From an uncultured Gammaproteobacteria bacterium (GTDB lineage: Bacteria > Patescibacteriota > Microgenomatia > UBA1406), in contig CAYPVH010000001.1 in assembly GCA_964414145.1 (NCBI GenBank), positions 82,816-146,815 of the forward strand: a stretch of 64,000 nt of DNA, in the 5' to 3' direction. Shown here in pieces: positions 43,798-53,544 of this stretch. Both the position numbers and the translations under genes were made by a program. Under the pieces are notes generated by a model. The model saw nothing but the letters and a program-made list of their open reading frames with translations, ran no database searches and was not told the DNA's origin. Each line of letters begins with the position of its first letter. The stretch's first letter is position 1.

Positions 43798-43847
43798 TAA
43801 AGTGCCATTGCCTAGAAAATCTCCTCAATCATGGCTATAATCATATA

Positions 43848-45140
43848 ATGGCATTTTTAAATAAAATCACCGCTATTCCTAAAAAATTATTCAGTTGGCT
43901 CAAAAAAACCAGCTGGAAAAAGCGGATATTCGTTATTTTTATTCTCATTATCTTAATTCTAATCTTTCTTGTTAAAAGCAAGAAAAACGGAGAAAGTGGC
44001 TATGTTTTTGCTACTGTAAAAAGGCACAATATCACCGAAAAGGTCTTAGAAAGCGGTAACCTCACCACTGCCGGCCTCACCAAAATATATTCTCCTTCAA
44101 CTGGTATAGTCGAAGAAGTCTATGTAAAAAACGGTGATTTGGTTGGTATAGATCAAGAGCTCTTCAAAGTAAAAAGCACTGCTACCCCCGACGAAGTCGC
44201 TCAAGCCTACGCCAGTCTAGCCGCCGCCCAAAGCTCGCTAAAAACAGCCGAACAAACTAAACTCACATTGCAGTCATCGTTGGAACAAGCCAGGAAAGCC
44301 GTACTCAACGCCCAACAAGCAGTAGATGATATGAAAGATGCTCGAACCCACAATCCAGACGTTTACACTCAAAATGAAATCGATAGTATTGACTCAACCC
44401 TCACTAGTGCCAGGCAAACTTTTAACGCCGTTGAGAAACAGTACGTCGAAGCCGATACAGCAATTAATGCTGCCCGAGCCGCCCTTACAAGCAATCAACT
44501 GAATTACCAGTCTACTCAAGACCGTACCGTAATCTCACCCACGATTGGTACGGTTTCCAATTTGTCTATATCAACAGGTAGCAGTATTCTTGCAGGAAGT
44601 AACGCTGCCTCTGTGGCTGCTCTTTCAGCTACAACCGCCCAGCCAGCTCTTACTATTGCCAACTTTTCTTCAAATCAGGTTGTTTTATCGGTAAGCGAGT
44701 CCGATATTTCCAAAATTAAAGTGGGTCAAAAAGCTATTGTCGAACCCGATGCCCTTAACAACATTAAGTATCGGGGTAATGTTAATCGCCTCGACAATAT
44801 CGGTCACAGCGATCAGGGTGTAATTGTTTATAGTGTTTATATTGATATTGAGAACCCAGACGAACAGTTACGCTCCGGCATGACGGTAGACGTAGATATC
44901 ACAACCAAAGAACTCAACCAGGTTTTAGCTGTCGAAAACAGCGCTGTTAAACCATACAAAGGTGGGCGAGCTGTGCGCGTACTAGACCCCAAAACCAAAG
45001 AACTTAAGTACGTTCCAGTTACTATCGGCACTAAAGGCAGCGAATATACCCAGATTGTCTCCGGGCTAAAAGAAGGTGAGAAGATTATTGTTTCTCTGGC
45101 CAACGAAAAAATCAAAAGAGCCGGAGGCTTTGGCTTTTAA
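43848..45140 (+). CDS. efflux transporter periplasmic adaptor (HlyD/MacA-like)
   Basis: N-terminal TM segment, coiled-coil Ala/Gln-rich hairpin region and a beta-barrel C-terminus. It lies upstream of the ABC pair. Confidence 0.8.
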   Translation: MAFLNKITAIPKKLFSWLKKTSWKKRIFVIFILIILILIFLVKSKKNGESGYVFATVKRHNITEKVLESGNLTTAGLTKIYSPSTGIVEEVYVKNGDLVGIDQELFKVKSTATPDEVAQAYASLAAAQSSLKTAEQTKLTLQSSLEQARKAVLNAQQAVDDMKDARTHNPDVYTQNEIDSIDSTLTSARQTFNAVEKQYVEADTAINAARAALTSNQLNYQSTQDRTVISPTIGTVSNLSISTGSSILAGSNAASVAALSATTAQPALTIANFSSNQVVLSVSESDISKIKVGQKAIVEPDALNNIKYRGNVNRLDNIGHSDQGVIVYSVYIDIENPDEQLRSGMTVDVDITTKELNQVLAVENSAVKPYKGGRAVRVLDPKTKELKYVPVTIGTKGSEYTQIVSGLKEGEKIIVSLANEKIKRAGGFGF

Positions 45141-45147
45141 ACAAACT

Positions 45148-45849
45148 ATGGTAAAACAAGTTCCTCATATTGAGTTAGAAAATGTTGTAAAGCGCTATCC
45201 TGTCGGTAAAAATGAATTCTACCAAGCTTTAAATGGCGTTAGTTTAAAAGTAAATCAAGGCGACTTTATTGCCATTATGGGCCCCTCGGGAAGCGGCAAA
45301 TCTACCCTAATGCATATAATGGGCGCTCTCGATACTCCCACTTCTGGCAATCAATATTTTAAAGGCAAAAACATCGCCAGCTACAGCGAGAATCAACTCG
45401 CCGAAGTAAGAAATAAGGAAATCGGCTTTGTTTTTCAGTCTTTTAATCTTCTCTCACGCACCAGTGTGCTTAAAAATGTAGAACGCCCCATGATGTATGC
45501 TGGCATCCCTCCCAAAGAACGGAACAATAGAGCTCTAGCCACACTCGCTCAAATGGGAATTGCCGACAAGGCAGAGAATCTTTCCAATCATATTTCTGGT
45601 GGTCAAATCCAAAGAGTAGCTATTGCCCGTGCTTTAGTTATGAACCCCTCAATTATCCTTGCCGACGAACCCACCGGCAACCTCGATACCAAAACCGCCA
45701 CCGAAATTATGAATATTTTTACCAATCTTAATCAAAAAGGCAGCACGGTTGTGGTTATCACTCACGAGCCAGATATCGCTGCATTCGCCAAAAGCAGAAT
45801 TCACCTTGTCGACGGAAAAATCGTTAAAAATATAATAAACAGCAAATGA
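45148..45849 (+). CDS. ABC transporter ATP-binding protein (MacB/LolD-type)
   Basis: Walker A GPSGSGKST, signature ISGGQIQRVAIARAL, Walker B ILADEPTGNLD. Start set at MVKQV. Confidence 0.95.
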   Translation: MVKQVPHIELENVVKRYPVGKNEFYQALNGVSLKVNQGDFIAIMGPSGSGKSTLMHIMGALDTPTSGNQYFKGKNIASYSENQLAEVRNKEIGFVFQSFNLLSRTSVLKNVERPMMYAGIPPKERNNRALATLAQMGIADKAENLSNHISGGQIQRVAIARALVMNPSIILADEPTGNLDTKTATEIMNIFTNLNQKGSTVVVITHEPDIAAFAKSRIHLVDGKIVKNIINSK

Positions 45850-47060
45850 ATTACTACCAAGAAATCATTAGCTCTGCTCTCCAATCTCTGCAAAAAAACA
45901 AACTGCGTACCGCGCTTACAATGCTTGGAATTATCATTGGTATTACCTCAGTTATCCTTATTGCTTCACTTGGTCAGGGTTCAATTAAATTTATTACCAA
46001 TGAACTTAGTGTTTTTGGCACCAACTACTTTCAAATTGCCCCCGGAAACTCCATGATGGGAACAGTAGCCGGCTCAGCCAATCCACTTACTCGCGCAGAC
46101 GCAGAAGCTATTACAGAAGAAAACATTGCCAACGTTCAAAGCGTAGCCCCCTTTGCCTTCACATCTCGTAAAGTATCAGCCAACGACGAAAGCGGTACTG
46201 TTTATATCTATGGCCTCACTTCAGCCGCTCAAGCTATGCTTAAGCCCGATCTTCTTTATGGTGAGTTTATTGGAGAAGAATATGACGAAAGCCGCGCCAA
46301 AGTGGCTGTTATTGGCACCGAAGTTGCTGAAGAATATTTTGGCGAAGATACCAACCCTGTAGGCGAGTCTTTACGTATTGAAAACGACCGCTATCGTATA
46401 ATCGGTGTTTCCAAAACTACCGGTACTTTCGCTGCCGGTTTTATGAATAAAGCTATAAGCGTGCCTTTAAACACAGTCATCAGCGACATCACTGGAAAAG
46501 ATGAGCTGATCGAAATCGATATTAGCGTAGAAAACGAAGACCTTATCAACCAAACAATAGAAGATGTCGATGCCTTTATGCGCGACCGGCACAATCTCAA
46601 ACCAGATGATGACGCTGACTTTAATATTCAAAGCTTCATAGATATTCTTAGCACCGTTCAAACGGTTACCGGTCTCTTAACCACTCTCATTGCTGCTATT
46701 TCGGGAATTTCTTTAATAGTTGGTGGTGTTGGAGTAATGAATATTATGCTGGTTTCGGTTACCGAACGTACTCGCGAAATCGGCTTGCTTAAAGCCATTG
46801 GTGCCAAGCAAAAAGATATTCTTATGCAATTTCTGCTTGAATCTATGGTTATGACCATTATCGGCGGTTTAGTTGGTATAAGTATTGGTATAAGCGGTGC
46901 TTTTCTTATTTCTATTTTAGTTGGAATTCCTTTCGTACTAAGCCTGCCATGGATTGTTTTGGCAGTAGCTATCTCTTCAATAGTCGGTATTGTGTTTGGT
47001 CTTTACCCAGCGCGCCGCGCTGCCAAACTTTCCCCAATAGACGCCCTCCGGCACGAATAA
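45846..47060 (+). CDS. ABC transporter permease (MacB_PCD + FtsX domains)
   Basis: 404 aa with 4 TM segments and a large periplasmic domain. C-terminal GLYPARRAAKLSPIDALRHE. Confidence 0.9.
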   Translation: MNYYQEIISSALQSLQKNKLRTALTMLGIIIGITSVILIASLGQGSIKFITNELSVFGTNYFQIAPGNSMMGTVAGSANPLTRADAEAITEENIANVQSVAPFAFTSRKVSANDESGTVYIYGLTSAAQAMLKPDLLYGEFIGEEYDESRAKVAVIGTEVAEEYFGEDTNPVGESLRIENDRYRIIGVSKTTGTFAAGFMNKAISVPLNTVISDITGKDELIEIDISVENEDLINQTIEDVDAFMRDRHNLKPDDDADFNIQSFIDILSTVQTVTGLLTTLIAAISGISLIVGGVGVMNIMLVSVTERTREIGLLKAIGAKQKDILMQFLLESMVMTIIGGLVGISIGISGAFLISILVGIPFVLSLPWIVLAVAISSIVGIVFGLYPARRAAKLSPIDALRHE

Positions 47061-47113
47061 ATTTTTTAGTCATTTTTGCTATACTGATTGCCAATATTTC
47101 TTGTTATTTATAT

Positions 47114-48067
47114 ATGGATTACCAACACTACACTCCATTAAAAATTAAAAGAAGGGGAAAGGCGAACCGTCCTAAAGTTTTTATTTTGGCTCTTTTTATT
47201 ATTGGTGCCTACATTCTTTTTAACCAACTTAAGCCCACCCCAAATACTAATATATCTCCTAACACCACCGCTAAGGTTCTCTCTGAAAGCACATCAAAAC
47301 AACCTTCCCAGCTTAAAGATATTGTGCTGCAAACAATTAAAAACAGCAAGGGTGAGTATGCTGTAGCCATCATACACCTTCAATCTGGAGAAACCTTTCT
47401 TTTCAACCAAGGTCAGTCCTTCAATTCCTTTAGTCTCTACAAACTCTGGACCATGGCAACAGTTTTTGAGCAAATAGAAGCTGGCAAACTGCAAAAAGAT
47501 CAAGTATTAAAAGAAGAAGTACCCATTCTCAATGAAAAGTTCCAAATTGCTACCGAAGAAGCCGAACTCAAAGAAGGCACGGTTGAACTCTCTGTAGAAA
47601 ACGCACTCTACCAGATGATTACTATTTCAGACAACTACAGCGCTTTACTTTTATCATGGAACGTTGGCCTAGCCAACATTCAGGAATTTCTTAAAGAATA
47701 TAGCTTTTCTCATTCATCTGTAGGTATAAGTGGTGGTTTTCCCCAAACCACAGCTCTCGACATTGCCCTTTTCTTCGAAAAACTCTACAATTTAGAGCTT
47801 GTTAGCCCTCAATCATCAAAAGAGATGCTTTCCCTGCTCAAACAGCAAAGGCTTAACCAAAAAATCCCTAAATACCTACCCAAAAATACTCTAGTTGCGC
47901 ATAAAACCGGTGAATTTGGTGAATATTCGCACGACGCTGGCATTGTATACAGCCCATATGGAAACTATATTTTGGTAGTCCTCTCTAAAAACAGCAATCA
48001 AGCAGAGGCCTCCGAACAAATTGCTGTTCTCTCCAAGAAGATATTTGATTACTTTAATACTAAGTAA
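47114..48067 (+). CDS. class A beta-lactamase-related serine hydrolase, membrane-anchored
   Basis: SLYK (SxxK), ISDN (SDN) and HKTGE (KTG) motifs. Start moved to ATG 47114 to clear the permease gene. Confidence 0.8.
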   Translation: MDYQHYTPLKIKRRGKANRPKVFILALFIIGAYILFNQLKPTPNTNISPNTTAKVLSESTSKQPSQLKDIVLQTIKNSKGEYAVAIIHLQSGETFLFNQGQSFNSFSLYKLWTMATVFEQIEAGKLQKDQVLKEEVPILNEKFQIATEEAELKEGTVELSVENALYQMITISDNYSALLLSWNVGLANIQEFLKEYSFSHSSVGISGGFPQTTALDIALFFEKLYNLELVSPQSSKEMLSLLKQQRLNQKIPKYLPKNTLVAHKTGEFGEYSHDAGIVYSPYGNYILVVLSKNSNQAEASEQIAVLSKKIFDYFNTK

Positions 48068-48079
48068 CACTAAGTTTTC

Positions 48080-48958
48080 TTAGATTACCAATCTGCTCTC
48101 TGCTAACTCCACCAATTGGTCTAGATTTACACCCAATCTTCCCTCTAACCATTCTCCTAAATTTCTATATAGGTTGTTTGTGGCCTCTCTATGCCCAGGT
48201 AAATTAGTGGCAAGCATACGCATAGCTTCAGAAGGAAAAATATGTGGTACTTGATATTCCTTTTTTACTCCTACATGAGCCGTACTATATAAATCTTGCC
48301 AGCGTCTAAGTCTGTCTCCATTAAATTTTCCCAACATATCGGCAGCTAGTACATAACCCATGTCCTCGTCCCTTCCCACTACTCTATTTATATCTGCAAT
48401 CTGCCTATTTACCTCTTCTATCAACACTCTTGTCGGTTCATGACTAGTCCAAAGCACTCCTTCAGGTAGATTTCTAAATGCTCGTACTGCCGCTACCGCT
48501 CGATCAGGTATAAATATACTGTCTGGCGGCAATTTAGCTACTAATTCTTCTCTTATGCCAATTCTTTCCGCTAATCGGGCCGCCAGCAATTCATTTCTTC
48601 CTTTTCTATGGTTAAATGTTCTACCCAAGTCGTGCAGTAAGCCAAGAAGCTCCAATTCAAATATATTCTTCTCCTCACTCTGCACACAAAGTACCTCTCC
48701 CATTAGTCTTGCATAAAGAGCTGCTAAAGCAATGTGTTCTTGTGTACTTTGGTTTAGTATAGCGGGGTTTATCTCTGCCGCTTTTTTTAGAAACTCTCTT
48801 GCCGCTGTTACTTCTTCTTCTCCAATTGCACCTGGTACCAAAACTGTAGTACCAGCAAACTCTTCTTTTCCAGCTCTTATAATTTCTTGCCATATTCGAA
48901 TTGCATCTTTTGGGTCAACGTCTTTTCCTGGTAAATACCGAATTCTTGTTTCTGTCAT
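48080..48958 (-). CDS. HD-domain phosphohydrolase-like protein
   Basis: EHIALAALYARL...LLGLLHDLGR gives the H...HD pattern. It starts 2 nt after the upstream radical-SAM-like gene. Confidence 0.65.
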   Translation of the reverse strand: MTETRIRYLPGKDVDPKDAIRIWQEIIRAGKEEFAGTTVLVPGAIGEEEVTAAREFLKKAAEINPAILNQSTQEHIALAALYARLMGEVLCVQSEEKNIFELELLGLLHDLGRTFNHRKGRNELLAARLAERIGIREELVAKLPPDSIFIPDRAVAAVRAFRNLPEGVLWTSHEPTRVLIEEVNRQIADINRVVGRDEDMGYVLAADMLGKFNGDRLRRWQDLYSTAHVGVKKEYQVPHIFPSEAMRMLATNLPGHREATNNLYRNLGEWLEGRLGVNLDQLVELAESRLVI

Positions 48959-48960
48959 TT

Positions 48961-49863
48961 TTATAAATAAGTATAAACTGGCTCAACAGCCATATTGCTT
49001 GTTAACGGTTCAAAAATACTACCCACTCTTTGTGCATCTCCATTAATCTTATATTTAAAATTCAACCCTCCATCAGCGTCAATATAATATCCGCACCAAG
49101 GCTCACTGCCAATAACCGGCAATGGTGGACAAGGTTCAATCTGCATCGCCCTTCCCATAGCAATTATTGGTTCATAGAACACCCTATTATCATCAATCTC
49201 TCCTGGAAGCACACTTCTTACCATTCTTCCTACATACTCTAACCCTCCAAACCCACCTGCACAGTTTTCGTTATAAAACGCAGATATACTTGGGTTTAGA
49301 AAAAGAAGTTCGGCTATATTTCTCCTGAGTCTTTCTATGTGGGCTGCCATTTGTCCTGGATCTGTTTCATGCTCTGAACCAATTGCTCCATAAGGATCTA
49401 AACTATATGATACTCCTAGTCTTTTCTTTGCCGCATTTCTAAGTTTTTTTGAATGTCTGAATGCTTCTGCCAATTTTTGCACTGTAATATGCGCTACTTC
49501 GTCGTTATCATCATACATATATCCATGAGTCCTAAAGTAAATCTCCAAATCCGTCTCTTCTAAGGCAAAGATGATAACTTCGGCTAAAGTTTTTTCCTGC
49601 CAACTATAATATATCGGGTCACCTCGATTAAAAAGCATCAAACTTTTTCTTGGAGAATCACTTTTTAACCTAAATATTTCCGTTATTGTGTCAAATGGTA
49701 GTGAACTGGTAGAGTAGGGAGAGTTTACCATACATATCCTACAGGGTCTTCGACCACATCCCTTATGAACTTCTAGTAGATTAAGGTGCTTCATTACTGT
49801 TGCCACAGCTTCAGCACTGCTCCCAGGAAACAATTCCGTCTGTGAAGTAATTAACTCTCCCAT
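48961..49863 (-). CDS. radical SAM-like protein with CX4CX2C motif
   Basis: HKGCGRRPCRICMV and LFNRGDPIYY (GGE-like). The assignment is weak. Confidence 0.4.
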   Translation of the reverse strand: MGELITSQTELFPGSSAEAVATVMKHLNLLEVHKGCGRRPCRICMVNSPYSTSSLPFDTITEIFRLKSDSPRKSLMLFNRGDPIYYSWQEKTLAEVIIFALEETDLEIYFRTHGYMYDDNDEVAHITVQKLAEAFRHSKKLRNAAKKRLGVSYSLDPYGAIGSEHETDPGQMAAHIERLRRNIAELLFLNPSISAFYNENCAGGFGGLEYVGRMVRSVLPGEIDDNRVFYEPIIAMGRAMQIEPCPPLPVIGSEPWCGYYIDADGGLNFKYKINGDAQRVGSIFEPLTSNMAVEPVYTYL

Positions 49864-49968
49864 AGTATAACCTTATTTTTTAATATATAGGTTATTATAA
49901 CATGAAACAATATTCCTCAACTTATCTCATATTTTCAAAATACTAAAAAAAACATATACAATTTATCT

Positions 49969-50190
49969 ATGAAAATCAATGTTATTGCCCATCCCAATTC
50001 CAAACACCCCAGAGTAGAAACAGACTTACTCGGACGCATGCATGTCTATGTAGCCGCCCCGCCGCTCGAAGGCAAGGCCAACAAAGCCATAATAGAAATA
50101 CTTGCCAAACATTTCAAGGTACAAAAATCTAAAGTCATTCAAGTTAACGGGTTTAAAGGCAAAAACAAAACCTTCGAAATAAATAGGTAG
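49969..50190 (+). CDS. DUF167 (YggU) family protein
   Basis: HVYVAAPPLEGKANKAIIEILAKHFKVQKSKVIQVNGFKGKNKTFEI. Confidence 0.85.
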   Translation: MKINVIAHPNSKHPRVETDLLGRMHVYVAAPPLEGKANKAIIEILAKHFKVQKSKVIQVNGFKGKNKTFEINR

Positions 50191-50228
50191 TCTTGTGATA
50201 TGTAGTCCTATAATATATAATTCTAAAA

Positions 50229-50993
50229 ATGGTTGTAGAACAAGGCATAATTAATGGCTTAATAATTGCCGGTGGTTTTGGTACTCGTTCTGGCTTAGAA
50301 AATCTCCCCAAAGGTCTGGTTGAACTTGGAGACAGTACAACAATTATTGATCATATTATTAAAGAAATGCTTCAACTTCATGCTTTAGGGCAAAGAGCGC
50401 TTATTAGTAACGCCAAATTCTATGGCGCTTATAAAGCTTGGTTAGAAGAAATGGGCTACAGCAGGCAAATAACACTAGTAAATAACGGTGTTAGTGAGCC
50501 CGAAAACCGCCTTGGGGCAATAGGCGACATTCTTTTTGCCCTAAACCAGCTTGATTGGCCAGTCAATCAGGGCCTACTGGTTTTGCCAAGCGATACTCTT
50601 TTTCAGTTTGCCCTTGCTCAATTTATCAAGTTTGCACAAAACAGATCCGGACTAAGCACGGTTCTTTACAGAACTGAGCCTGAAATAATTGCCAATCGCC
50701 TTGGCTGTGCCACAATCAACCAGAGAGGAGAAATTGTGGCTTTTCAAGAAAAACCAGCCCAACCGCAGTCAAACCTAGCCGTAGCTCCTTTTTATTTTTA
50801 CCACCCCAAAACGCTACCCGAGCTTAATAGATTTGCAGAACATGGTGGTAATCTCGATGCCCCCAGCAATATTATTCCATATCTTTTAGCAAACAGGGTG
50901 CCCGTATCTGCCTTTGTTACAAACGCCCCTGTAAAAGACATCGGCACACAGGCAGACATCCAAGCTCTAATGCTTGCAGAAGTAGTAAAATAG
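50229..50993 (+). CDS. sugar-phosphate nucleotidyltransferase-like protein
   Basis: N-terminal LIIAGGFGTRSG...LPKGLV resembles the NTP_transferase G-loop. Confidence 0.6.
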   Translation: MVVEQGIINGLIIAGGFGTRSGLENLPKGLVELGDSTTIIDHIIKEMLQLHALGQRALISNAKFYGAYKAWLEEMGYSRQITLVNNGVSEPENRLGAIGDILFALNQLDWPVNQGLLVLPSDTLFQFALAQFIKFAQNRSGLSTVLYRTEPEIIANRLGCATINQRGEIVAFQEKPAQPQSNLAVAPFYFYHPKTLPELNRFAEHGGNLDAPSNIIPYLLANRVPVSAFVTNAPVKDIGTQADIQALMLAEVVK

Positions 50994-51027
50994 TAAATCT
51001 TTATGTTCTTTTATATAATCTAGACAG

Positions 51028-51840
51028 ATGAAATTTGCCTATAAAAATTTTATTAGTTCTGTATTAGGTACTGCCGCCAAAATTGCCAGCCAAAATTTTG
51101 GCCTGGTTACCAGTTCTGTTAAGGCTGCAGACAGTAATCAAGTGTTAACCAAAACAGATATCGAAATTGGCCAGCTAATTGTAACTAGTATTCAACAACA
51201 ATTCCCCATGCATAATATTATCGATGAAGAAGCCGGGGTCATCAATAAAAATTCTGATTATACTTGGGTTGTTGACCCAATAGACGGTACCAGCAATTTT
51301 GCTGCTGCTATTGCAACCTATGGGATTTTGCTCGGGCTTCTTAGAGAAGGTCTGCCTCTAGCTGGTGGGGTAGTATTGCCTGCATCTAAGGAACTCTATT
51401 ATGCCGAAAAAGGTAGTGGTGCCTATTGCAACGGCGCGCCTATTTTTGTAAGCAAAGAACAAAAACTTATTAATGTGCTCGTTGCCTACGGAATAGACGG
51501 CCATCAGGAAAATCCAGAATTTACTCAAAAAGAATGCGAAATTCTGGCAGAAATAGTTCTTAATATTCGTAACCTGCGCTCCAGCAATAGCTGTTTTGAC
51601 TTTATGCAAGTAGCCAAAGGAAAGTATGGGGCTTATCTCAACCAAACCAGCAAAATCTGGGACAACGTAGCCCCGCAAATTATTATTGAAGAAGCCGGCG
51701 GAGTTTATACCGACTTTTTTGGCAATCCTCCCGACTACTCCAGCCCCCTTGAAAAAACCGAAACTAACTTCACATTCTGCACAGGAGCACCACAGCTACA
51801 TCAAGCTTTACAAAAAATAATCAAACATAAGCACAAATAG
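51028..51840 (+). CDS. inositol monophosphatase family protein
   Basis: IIDEEAG and WVVDPIDGTSNF motifs. Confidence 0.9.
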   Translation: MKFAYKNFISSVLGTAAKIASQNFGLVTSSVKAADSNQVLTKTDIEIGQLIVTSIQQQFPMHNIIDEEAGVINKNSDYTWVVDPIDGTSNFAAAIATYGILLGLLREGLPLAGGVVLPASKELYYAEKGSGAYCNGAPIFVSKEQKLINVLVAYGIDGHQENPEFTQKECEILAEIVLNIRNLRSSNSCFDFMQVAKGKYGAYLNQTSKIWDNVAPQIIIEEAGGVYTDFFGNPPDYSSPLEKTETNFTFCTGAPQLHQALQKIIKHKHK

Positions 51841-51857
51841 TAATATATTGAATTCTC

Positions 51858-52199
51858 TTATCCATTAATGGCATTTTGATCCAAAAGTGCTTCATAAAAA
51901 GTCACTATATTTATGGCCTCTTCTCCACTAACAAAATTGTTTACTAACTGAATGTAAGTAGCAAAGCCGGTTCTTCTCACTATTTCATATACTGCGTCAA
52001 ATAGATCTTCTGCTATCCCTGCACTACGCGGAGAATTTAAAACAACTAAGTTTAGCAATCCTTCTCGACCATAAAAATATTCCTCGCTAAGAGCTCCTTT
52101 ACTCACAAATATATAGGGCAGATACTTCCCAGGGAGAGCTCGGTAAAGTTTTATCATTACATCCAACAATGTAGGCGCTTCTTTATGTTCTGCTGTCAT
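51858..52199 (-). CDS. hypothetical protein
   Basis: 113-aa ORF. No motif recognised. Confidence 0.45.
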   Translation of the reverse strand: MTAEHKEAPTLLDVMIKLYRALPGKYLPYIFVSKGALSEEYFYGREGLLNLVVLNSPRSAGIAEDLFDAVYEIVRRTGFATYIQLVNNFVSGEEAINIVTFYEALLDQNAING

Positions 52200-52269
52200 A
52201 CGGGCTATTATATCATAATCTATTATAGGTCTATTATTTATTTAAACATTCCTCTATAATCTACTAACA

Positions 52270-52698
52270 ATGAAAAAGGGTGTTGACTATATTGGTGTTT
52301 CCGTTGGGGCAATAATTGTTAATGATAAAGGAGAGGTTTTTCTTTCACTACGAAGTAAAAATTGTCGTAATGAAGTTGGTCACTGGGAAAACCCAGGTGG
52401 CGCAGTAAAGTTTGGCGAGTCGCTTGAGGAAGCGGTAAGACGCGAGATTAGAGAAGAGTATGGCGTGGAGGTGAATATAATTAAACAATTTCCCGCCGCC
52501 GACCATTTTATTCCAGCAGAAAAACAACACTGGGTAGCCACTACTTTTTTAGTAAAAATAAAGACAGGTCAAAAACCAAAAATCATGGAACCGAATAAAT
52601 GTGATGCTGTGGGGTGGTTTAAATTAAGCAAACTCCCTAAACCTTTATCTATAATTACCAAACACAACCTACAAAACTTTAAAAAATTAGGGTCTTGA
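52270..52698 (+). CDS. NUDIX hydrolase
   Basis: Nudix box GGAVKFGESLEEAVRREIREEYGV. Confidence 0.9.
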   Translation: MKKGVDYIGVSVGAIIVNDKGEVFLSLRSKNCRNEVGHWENPGGAVKFGESLEEAVRREIREEYGVEVNIIKQFPAADHFIPAEKQHWVATTFLVKIKTGQKPKIMEPNKCDAVGWFKLSKLPKPLSIITKHNLQNFKKLGS

Positions 52699-53451
52699 CG
52701 GAATCAGTAAACTCGTTTTTCTTCTATAATCCAGGTACTGCTTGTTGTTTTTATATTTTTCCTTATACCGCTTTTCAAGTGGGGGAATGCCCGAAACAAA
52801 AATTAAAATATAGCTAATAAAAAGCGGCCCAATTACAGTTAAATAACCCCAGCCCTGTAGTAAAGGCCAGCTGTAAACAAACACTCCCCACCAAAGCAGC
52901 ATTTCGCCAAAATAGTTGGGGTGCCTTGAATAACGCCACAAGCCACTTTCAATCCATTTATTCTTGTTTTGCGGCTTGTTTTTAAATCTAAACTTTTGCC
53001 AATCGGCTACCGTTTCTATAGCCAGTCCGGTAAACCAAATAAATATACCCGTCCCCATTAAGGGTGAAACTGCATATGGCTGATTGCTACTTAACACATA
53101 AATTACCGGCAACATAATTACCCAGACCGCCAGTCCCTGAAAAATCCAAAACTGCAAAAAGGCCAATACGTTACCCCTCATCTTGTTAAAGCGGTTGTCT
53201 TTTTTAATTCGTAATATTCTAATCACCAAATAAGTTACCAATCTTGCCGCCCAAATAATCACCATTGCCGCTAAAATTATTTGGTAGGCATAAAAGGTTT
53301 GATTAAAAAAGAGCAAAAATAGTGAAATAGCAGCAAAGGTGAAGCCATAGGTAAAATCGGTAAATTTATCTGTTTTCCAAGCGCTCGCAAAAACAAAAAA
53401 GAATAAGTTTATTAAAACACTTCCTAAAAGAACCCACAAATATATTACCAT
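52687..53451 (-). CDS. DUF1295 / steroid-5-alpha-reductase-like membrane protein
   Basis: WRYSRHPNYFGEMLLWWG motif and 6-7 TM segments. Confidence 0.8.
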   Translation of the reverse strand: MVIYLWVLLGSVLINLFFFVFASAWKTDKFTDFTYGFTFAAISLFLLFFNQTFYAYQIILAAMVIIWAARLVTYLVIRILRIKKDNRFNKMRGNVLAFLQFWIFQGLAVWVIMLPVIYVLSSNQPYAVSPLMGTGIFIWFTGLAIETVADWQKFRFKNKPQNKNKWIESGLWRYSRHPNYFGEMLLWWGVFVYSWPLLQGWGYLTVIGPLFISYILIFVSGIPPLEKRYKEKYKNNKQYLDYRRKTSLLIPSRP

Positions 53452-53544
53452 TCTTATTCAGTTAATTTTCTGTAATCATTATATATATATTTTACTTTCT
53501 TCTCATCTTAATTTGTCATCCTAAATTTATATAATATATCTCTT

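Noticed and set aside
46949-47113. Upstream extension of the beta-lactamase-like ORF
   Set aside because: It overlaps the 3' end of the ABC permease gene in another frame. ATG 47114 gives a normal basic N-terminus followed by a TM anchor.
5054-52199. Impression that the orphan genes (5054, 20676, 36394, 40728, 42073, 48080-49863, 51858) form a distinctly higher-GC, horizontally acquired set
   Set aside because: Spot hand counts gave only about 42% against about 35% G+C, too small a difference to support without a proper sliding-window or codon-usage calculation. Only the 6.7-kb islet is a clear compositional outlier.
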